A DNA stretch of 64,000 bases from Trichoplax sp. H2 (taxonomy: Eukaryota): assembly GCA_003344405.1 (NCBI GenBank), contig NOWV01000141.1:1-64000 (forward strand), in the 5' to 3' direction. The notes under the pieces are model-generated. The model was not told where the DNA came from, did not search any database, and was given only the letters and a program-made list of their open reading frames with translations. A program made the position numbers and the translations under genes. Positions 55,139 to 64,000 of the stretch are shown piece after piece (position 1 is the stretch's first letter; each line of letters opens with the position of its first letter).

Positions 55139-56306
55139 CGAAATGCTGCATGGGTCCATCAAAACGGCATAATTAATTAATCAATTCATCAATCGACTGC
55201 AAAGAGACTGGGGGATAGTCCAATATTCTGTCAGTCTGTCGATGAAAAAACAATGCATTAATTACAGTACTGTAATTCTTAGTCCTGTGTTTCCATCCCT
55301 TGACAATACAGTACAGTACACTATACTGTACTGTACGTTCAGTGCAAAGTTCAGTGCACAGTATAGTACTGAAATGCTGCATAGTCCATTAATTAAAACG
55401 GTATAAATCATTAATCAACTTCAAAGAGACTGTTCATGTTAAACACTGGGATAGTCCAATATTCTATCAATCTGTTGATTGATCATTATGAGTCCTGTGT
55501 TGACTTTACAGCCCTCGATTACAGTACTGAAATCAGTGTACTGTAATTAATCGACTGCAAGGAGACTGTGGGACAGTCCAATGTTCTGTCAGTCTGTCGA
55601 TGAAAAGAAAAAAAAATAAATAATATAATTAGTCCTGTGTTCACCTAATGCAGCCCTCGACTACCTACAGTAGGGCAGAGTACAGTACTGAAATACTGCA
55701 TGGTCCATTAAAACGGTATCATTCATTTAATCGACAGTTCAATGTTCATGCAAAACACTGTTGTGGGATAGTCCAATATTCTATTACTCTATCGATGAAA
55801 AAATAGTAATTAATTATTATGAGTCCTGTGTTCACTTTAATCGACTGCGAAGAGACTCTTCAACGTGTTCATGTATTACACACAACACACAGCTGTGCGA
55901 TAGTCCAATATTCTGTCAGTCCGTCGATGAAAAAATAATGAATTATTACTGTAGTCCTATGTTCAGTACTGTACAGTACAGTACAGTACAGCTCTCGACT
56001 ACTCCACTGTACTGTACTGTACAGTACTGTGTACTGAAATGCTGCATGGTTCATTAAAACAGTATACTGTACTGTACTGTACTGTACTGTAATTAAACGA
56101 CTACAAAGAGACGGTGGGATAGTCCAATGTTCTGTCAGTCTGTCGATGGAAAAAATAATTATTATGATCAGTCCTGTGTTCACTTTACAGCCCTCGACTA
56201 CATAGAGATAGTCCAATATTCTGTCAGTCTGTCCATGGAAAAAAAAATAAATATAATCAGTCCTGTGTTCACTTTACAGCCCTCGACTACATACTGTACT
56301 GTACAA
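55139..56306. repeat. Complex modular satellite with (CAGTA)n/(TACTG)n tracts
   Basis: About 7 copies of GATAGTCCAAT(A/G)TTCTGTCAGTCTGTCGATGAAAAAA. Modules AGTCCTGTGTTCACTTTACAGCCCTCGACTAC, TGAAATGCTGCATGGTCCATTAAAACGG and ATCGACTGCAAAGAGACTG recur in shuffled order. An outlying partial copy sits at about 56647-56675. Confidence 0.88.
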
Positions 56307-58752
56307 TAAACTGGCTTTCAATCTTCCCCTTAACCTAGCCTAACATGACTAAGATTGTAGAGTTCATAGTCCCTGTCATAGATTACTATTTTTTTGTAGT
56401 AGTCCATGTCCCTGTTCAGTGCTCATGGTGCAGCTTAATGCTGTGCTTACTTCCCTGTCGTTAGATACAAATTTTGACAGCGAATGCATTGAAAGGACCG
56501 CAACAATACAGTACTGTACAGTATATGATGTAATAACGAATTTTATCCATGATAAATGCAGGGATAACTCAAGGGGGAAAAAGTATCTATCTTTTCCCTC
56601 TGATAGAGAGTTAGTTAGAAATACTGTAAAGTCGAGTTAATCCATCATAGTCCGATGCTCTGTCAGTCTGTCGAGAAAAGCATTTGTTTTAGCTCCTCTA
56701 GCCTTTGCGATTCCAAGGAAATCCGCTGTTGTCGGGTGGATTGAATGCTTTTCAACTTGCAATTGGTTTTATTTACAGCTGAAAATAGCAGTCATTCATT
56801 ATAATATACTGTATATATATTACAGAAATACTAGTAGAATATCTCGCTCGTGACACTTCACGTACAGTGCGTATGCTGGAGTATTTAGTATGGACTACTA
56901 GAAATTGAAATTAGAAATTGAATAAATATTTTATAAAAAATTTCTAGTAGGCCATGACTTAATTTGGAACTCGACGTAAAACCCTGCTATAGACCAGTAT
57001 GACGACGTGATGAGTAATGTGTATGGTTAGACCGGCCCGTACATGTACGGCTGACTGATAGTTTGTATTAGAAACTTAAAAGTAATAAAATTGACTCAAT
57101 ACCGCAATAAAAAACATCGAGCGCCAATTGCTCAAGTCTGTCCTGATCTATCTGCGTCAATTTTAGCCAAGTTTAAAGTCTATTTCTTTAAAATTTAAAG
57201 ATATAGTTTAAGGCTGAATATCTTTCAACCATTTTGGTCTTATATATATATTTACAGTAAAGACGCGCATACTATCATCTTATCTGAAAGATATACGCGT
57301 AGAATTATTTTACATGACTAGACAAACACCCTCCCTGCCCACGATATTTCGCTAATTTGCCCTCAAGATACAGAGTACTACAGTACGATACCCATATGCA
57401 GTAGTTAGTCGTGTGTTGGCGTTGATCGATCTGATAAAAGAAAGTATTGGTCTTTCTATATTAGTCTATCGAGTCTGTAGTAATGAGTAATTCAAAAGTG
57501 TTTAATCGCTAAGCATGAATTTAGCAAATACTCGATGCCCACTTTATGAAAAGCTTTATTATAGCTGCTGTAATATTACAATACGTTTAAGGGTAATGTT
57601 ACAAGTTAAGATGATCATTAGTCGTTGTCTATGGACGATTAAAGTATTGTGAAATATTTATGCATGAAAATCATGCATTACGAAAATGATCACAACGTCA
57701 AATATGACAATATCACTGTCTGTCTTCATAGTCCCTACTTTCTTAGTCGGGATTGACAAAATCTGCCTACTATTCCAAGGCATTTTAAAATTGTTTCAAC
57801 AAGCAAAGACTGCAAATTGACTATTCTGCAATGTAACAAAAACAAAAAATTCTCATTGCCATAATTTCTACCAGAATAAAAACATAGAGTGAGTCCAAAG
57901 TTATATAAAAATATACCGAGTTGGAACAAAATAAATTTACAGCATCTGACAATGTAACAATTGACAAGCTTACAATAAACGAGCGGCATTTCCATACAGC
58001 AGTAGATGCAATCATGCACTAAAAGTCAATTTAAACTAGGGTAAGTAGTAGGTACAATACACCTATTATTTTATCGTCAGAATTTGCGTCTACTATGCTA
58101 CCCGGTAGCTAACGGCATTAACAACATATTGCTTGCTTTAACAAATACAATAGTTTCTGTAAAAATTCACTTTTGATGTTATACAATCGTCACATCGATT
58201 AATCATGAATAGTAATAAAATTGCTTAAAGCTCTAAAAAATTTGTACCGCTTGCCAGCTCTCGTTGGACATAGCAACTTACTTTACTGGGGCGCGGCGCT
58301 GCAATATCACTCTATCTATTACTAAGAAATATTCGCATATAGCTGCCATTGCTATTTTCTTTCTCGAACACTTGCTCTACACGCGCATAGTTATAAGTAT
58401 AATCGTTAATACTGTACACGGCTCGCTTTACATACGATTCTCGGTTAACTAGTAGCAACCCTTCCGTACTATGGCACATCTTATTATTATTTTTATACAA
58501 TATATATTATTTCTTGCAAATTCATAATAAACCATATACGACAGCAAAGTATTTTTCAACTTAACTGAGCTAACAATTCTAGTCAATATATATGTATATA
58601 TACTGTAGCATAGTATTTCATACCAAAACACGCAACCACTTTGTGCTAAATCAGCGTTTTAACTGGTACTAATATCAATCAATCACGTCTCAAAATTAAA
58701 ATTTTGATTCCATCATTTAAAAAATCAACCAGCACAGAGATCAGTTGTTTAC

Positions 58753-61716
58753 TTAATAAACGTCTGCTCTTTTATCTCTATGTACACTTCTAGCTTTAGT
58801 TCTAGCTTTCGCTGCTAAACTGTTGTAATAATTCTGCATAATGAAATACGAACAATCAGTTTCATTAAAAACGTTCAAAATTTATTCAAAATAGAATTAA
58901 TCAATTGCAGTACACCTACCCTCTCTGAACGCGATCCTTTCTCCAATTTAAAATCTGCCGGCAACACCTTACCTAAGTCGAATACTTCCCGGATAAATTC
59001 ATTGCTCTATAATAGGGTTATCATTACAAGTTTGTTTTGTCATACCGCTGCGCAATATTTTTGTACTTCATATCAAAAATTAGGTCTAAAATTTAAAATG
59101 TAACTGAGCACTATTAATTACTTGCAAATGGGCATTTGTACCACCTCCCAAAATAGTTCGAATGTAATTGTATTGTACGCGCCTATTTGAGCACCGATAA
59201 CATTTAATTTTAAGCAATGTCAATCATCATAGTATTCCAAAGTATTCAGTTGTAAGTGCAAATTCTACAAAGGAAAATAATAATGTCTTGATAAAATCAC
59301 CTTGACCAGCAATCAATATCAAGAGTTTCCTGACCAAACTTTACACATTCTTCTAATTCTTGACCATCCTAAATTACAAGTTAATCTACTGTTTATTGCT
59401 GTAAGACATAAAATAGTGACGATTGTGCAACATTTACTATGCGAGTTGATAAATTTTATTAGGCACATTATTTACCCTTATATAATGCAAGACATCACGG
59501 ATGGCAGATCTCTGTTGAGCTCTATCCTTTTTTGCATGCCGCCTGTAAATCATAGCAACATGCTTCTTTTATATATGCTCATAGAATGTAGCCATCAGGA
59601 TGAAGCATGGTATAATAAATACTAACTTGCTCGAATCGGCAACTAATGCTTCCAGCATCGTACAAATTTCGTCGAAAGGATAAATATCGTCCTGTAAATT
59701 TATACTATACGTTTAGAAGGCATCAGCACAAGGATAGTAGAAGGGGCATGTACAAGATTTCATAAAAGAAATTTTAATGCATAAAGGTTACCGTATCGGC
59801 ATTTAAAACCTCGCAAACTAAGGCAATTGTTTCGCCAGCTGCGATCCTAACATCAACATTATTGTGGCCTAACGATTTCTTTAGCTTCGGTAATACTCTA
59901 TAAAACATAGCAGAAAAAAAAACAGATATTAACTAGCAGTGTAACATTAGCTCTAAAACTTTGTTAATTAAACAATTACTAAAGCGAACTCTAACTACAA
60001 TGAGGGAATAGAGTTGTAAGATCAGACATACTCATGGATGAGCTTATTTCTCGATGGGGTCTGTACAGCAGAAAGAAGAAGAGACCAAGCTGAAAGCGAT
60101 GCTGATATAATACCATCTAGTTTGCTGTCAGTAAAATAGAAAAAAGCTTCCAGAGTCTCCATAAGATCCATCGTATCCTATGAAAAAATTGATTTACAAA
60201 CATTAGTAATGCATAATCATTATTACGTAATTTCAATTTTATACACTTACTGGACTATCAGCGGCGACAAAGGTCAACAATCCCAAGGCTGTTATACACT
60301 ATGTGTAGTTGTAAATATAGTAATTAGTTACGCCTCATGAAGTAGTACAATTCTACGTGTTATCAGTAGCGCTAGGTAAACATCAAAGAGTATGAACTGT
60401 ATGAATTTATAGTATAATACTAACTGAAGCTCTACTTGAAGGATTCAGCGAAGTATCACGCAGACGAGCCATTAGCGTGGGTTTTAATTCTGAAAATAGC
60501 CGACTACTATCAGTGCCAAGTTGGATAAAGAGCAAACTCATTAGCTTTGTAGACAATTCCAGCTCTTTTTGTTGGCCTAGAAGCAGATTTTGCAGACAAA
60601 ATTTGACAATTAAAATTCTAAATATCAGGTAGCTAATCTAATTTCTGATAATTATAATTACTTAGTACGTGTACACTGCATTATTGATACATTACAATGA
60701 ATTTGGTATTACAACATAAACTTGAAAGTTACCTTTTTTCACATATTTTTCTGCGTGGGATGCCAGTGTTTCTTGCCTAGTAAAGGAACCGAACATTATC
60801 AGAGCTACATGCGTATTACGAGCGGGATTGCACTGGTATGAGTGGCAAACGTACCTTTTCTCCACAAATTCTGTCATGACGGATTTGGACAAAATTTTAT
60901 TAACGGCCTGTAAGGCAGTTGCCTTCATCCTGATGCGACAATAAATCAATTATCAATGATGATTACTGTAAGTTCAGAACTTAAAATCATCCCTTATATT
61001 AGTTGTTTCCTGGCTAACTGTATACAGTACACACGTACACATGTATAATAATATGCATACTGGCCGACTTTGCTTAAGTATAGAAATAGTTCGTCACCTT
61101 TTATCATACAGTTCTTCTATAGCATCCACTAATGCATTTTCAATTTCCACTTGTGCATTTTCAGTTTCACCTCCAGAAGCGGTCAATTCTGTGTTATACA
61201 TACATAGAGTCAATTGAAAAGAGATCAATACTCCAATATATAGTACAGAACGTCTATGTAAAGATGTAACAACGCACTCGAAACGATTATCAATGATACT
61301 ACTATAATTCGTCACAAAAATTAGTAATGATTGCGAAGTAAAAGTTGCAGAATTAAAAAATAATAACGCTAAGATAGAGTTTTCGGTCACTTTTAAAAAT
61401 CTATAGCTGTAAAGTCATGCTTGCAGGAATGTACATCGTATACTACAAAAAACAATACCGTAGTTTATTACAATACATAAGTGTTAGCACTGTACTATGT
61501 AGATAAAGTTCTGCAACTATTCTTCTCCAGAGAGTTGTAAATAGAGAATAGATAATATCATTTTACCATTGAGAAATACTTAATATAGAATCTGGGAAAT
61601 ACCTTCATCACTTTTACTGGTGAAAGAGCTGCATGTGCTCATATGTTCAACAGATTCATCGTTGTCGTCCTCATCATAGCAATCCTTATGATTGTTTGAG
61701 CGGTGATCTCGATCTC
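58753..61716 (-). CDS. IFRD1: Interferon-related developmental regulator (IFRD1/2 family); 5' exon not located
   Basis: 14 in-frame GT-AG exons. Motifs LSAWSLLLS, VDVRIAAGETIALV, AKKDRAQQRSAIRDVL, EFIREVFDLG, and C-terminus YNSLAAKARTKARSVHRDKRADVY-TAA (58755-58753). The upstream-most exon found (61716-61603) begins in phase 1, so the start codon lies further upstream, perhaps beyond the window. Confidence 0.92.
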
Positions 61717-64000
61717 CTATTAAGGTAGAATGGATGTCATATTATGAGCATAAAATCGACCAGATTAAATGGTCATTTTCATGTTATTGTTACCAATGTA
61801 ATTAAAAGCACGTCTTTAATGGTTGATATTGCATTGCATACTGTATATAGTACATGACAATCCGACATCAACACAGTAAGCTTCAATAATTAATCAGATC
61901 GAACTCATGCACTAATTTATTGTGAATTCTAATACATTCTAGGATCATTTTTCAATCACGCCGTGCTCGGGTTTTTAATGATTTTGTGCTGGTATGTGTC
62001 TGCTTGTTGGTACATTGAATTTCAGTGTAAACTTAAAAACTGTAATTATTACTGAATTGAAAAGATTTGACACGAATCCAAATCCTTGACAATTCAATCC
62101 ACCTTCAAATTTTAAATGGTATCATTATACAAATAGTTTCTAAACAAAGTAAAGTGCATGCATTTTTTATTACGATGAGTGATACTATAATTATTTTATT
62201 GAAAAGTTAAAAAATCGGCACGCGCACAGCTTATCCGTTACATAGGCACATTTATCATTCCTGAATTTGATCGCCCAACTACGTACGATACTGTGTTGTG
62301 CAATACGACAAATTTGCGCTAAATCAATAAGATGTGATAAAAGCCTCTATGTTCTAGAAAAAGATTAATGTTTCGACATTGCGGGATGCTAATCAACAGG
62401 ACACTGGTGGTTGTAATTGTATAATATAGGCAGTACTGTACATATTAATTGTAGCCATAATAATAATAATTCAAATTATTTCATTTCGTGTGGCATGTAG
62501 TTACAGTATTGTATTGCCAGTCTAGATTCAATTTTAACGTCGTGAATCTTAATTCTTCAGCTGTGAAACACCTGAGTACTGTGTGAGTGGATTGAACAAT
62601 AATTATAGAATCATTATATGATCAAAAAGGGAAAAGAGTCATTGCATCATTGGCATTCGTCCAACTTGTATGGTAATAATACAGTGTATAAAAGACACCC
62701 ACAGTAATAATCAGAATCAAAATACTTTCTTGCCACCATCATTTGTATTGTTAATCGCTTGTTTTCATGTAATAATAACATGGTAGTTAGCGTACTTCTA
62801 GGTATGTAGTAACATATTGAATATCGATTTAGAATCCAAAATTAGAATCAAACTATTGCAGTAATACCGGTCGGTGTCTGGTGTCGTCGTGGCGTAATCG
62901 TATGCACTCAACTTGTGAACTAACCCGAAACCTAACTAGTGTCCATAGTACTGGTACAACCTGCAGTAATACATCAGTATCTATATAGAATGAATGTCCA
63001 AAATTCAATCGTTTTCCTTCATGATAGAAATTTGTACCGATCTACAACATCTTTGAAAGAATAAATTTTCTAGTAGTATCAAAAGACCATGAGTGACTTA
63101 TATCACAGTAGTGGATTATTTTTGAAATCCAGGCCTAGAGAGGATTCTACATTATCGTTGATGTTATTAAAATATACTCCTCCTCGAACTAGTCATCAGT
63201 TTCCTTGTCTGTATTCATTTAAAACTTTTATGGCTATTCTACCCTCAGACGGAGTCTAGTCGATGCATAGAACTGGCAGACTTTTCATCGTTGGCCACCA
63301 TTGAAAGCAAGATTAGAATTTGATGGAAAAAATGGACTAAATGCATATGCTTGTTGATCCCATCGAGGGTAGACAACACTGGGCTATAAATGGTAGTACA
63401 GTATCGTATTTTGCAGCATGACGGGCTAAAGGCGATCTGACTACGACACCAAATCAGGACTAAAATTGATGACAACAAAATAGATATGCACGATTGTAAA
63501 CTTGCATTTCCTTTATCCAAAAAGACATGGAAAAGGAATAACCAAATAGTGATTGAAATTATTGGCCATGTATTGGATAGTGATCGCGATCTCTTTTTAT
63601 AAATTGATAATCAAAATAGTCACTCCTACTCCGTCACGAGTTATCGTATGCATCATTGGAATGTGAAGATCGCGGCGCACATGCTGGCACCGAGGTGGCT
63701 ATGTGCAAAACACCGGTTGTCAACGAGTGCTCCAGTCTATTACTCAAACTGATATCGATTGGAAGCAGGTAAGCGAATGGTGTTCCACATCGTGTTGTAT
63801 GACTCATTCTACCCTTGATTGATCTCTATTGATCAACTCATTTTACTATCATGATTTCTTGCCTTTTAGTAAGCTTATCGTAGTAAGTGTCGCATCATCC
63901 TACTGTACATACAGTCATAACGTTTTAAATAATTCAATCGCGATGATAATGATGATGAAAGTGGTGCCGGCGATGAGACCCATTTGGTCACGATGACACT

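Noticed and set aside
55139-56306. CRISPR-like array (recurrent ~35-bp motif with intervening sequence)
   Set aside because: The intervening sequences are themselves repeated modules of irregular length, there are no cas genes, and the context is eukaryotic. ORFs here (VQYSTVQY...) are translations of the pentamer repeat.
56640-58640. Short hydrophobic or Cys-rich ORFs (57735, 57821, 58264, 58312, 58449) as GPCR or other exons
   Set aside because: No family motifs and no consistent exon chain. They are compatible with random AT-rich ORFs, although a small gene cannot be excluded.

Overview
AT-rich eukaryotic genomic DNA with many short GT-AG introns and three N-gaps (7366-7385, 15804-15823, 52556-52583). 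Composition and gene structure suggest a compact early-branching animal such as a placozoan; this is inference only. Bases 1-44 kb hold a tandem array of three minus-strand TRPA1-like channel genes, with no lesion seen in the exons I translated. Each has about 25 coding exons at shared intron positions, about 16-17 ankyrin repeats, 6 TM helices, a pore loop and a coiled coil. Next come RRP9/U3-55K (+), a two-exon RBM15/spenito (-), a complex satellite, and an IFRD1-like gene (-) whose first exon was not found. Main findings: (1) a perfect RFX X-box sits at an equivalent position upstream of two TRPA paralogs, pointing to expression in ciliated cells; (2) all three channels lack the canonical TRPA1 electrophile cysteines and most S2-S3 Ca2+-site residues; (3) a Helitron 3' end and its empty A|T site lie side by side across a gap, which explains an apparent exon duplication; (4) there are solo-LTR candidates; (5) a duplicated promoter/first exon is probably an uncollapsed haplotype.
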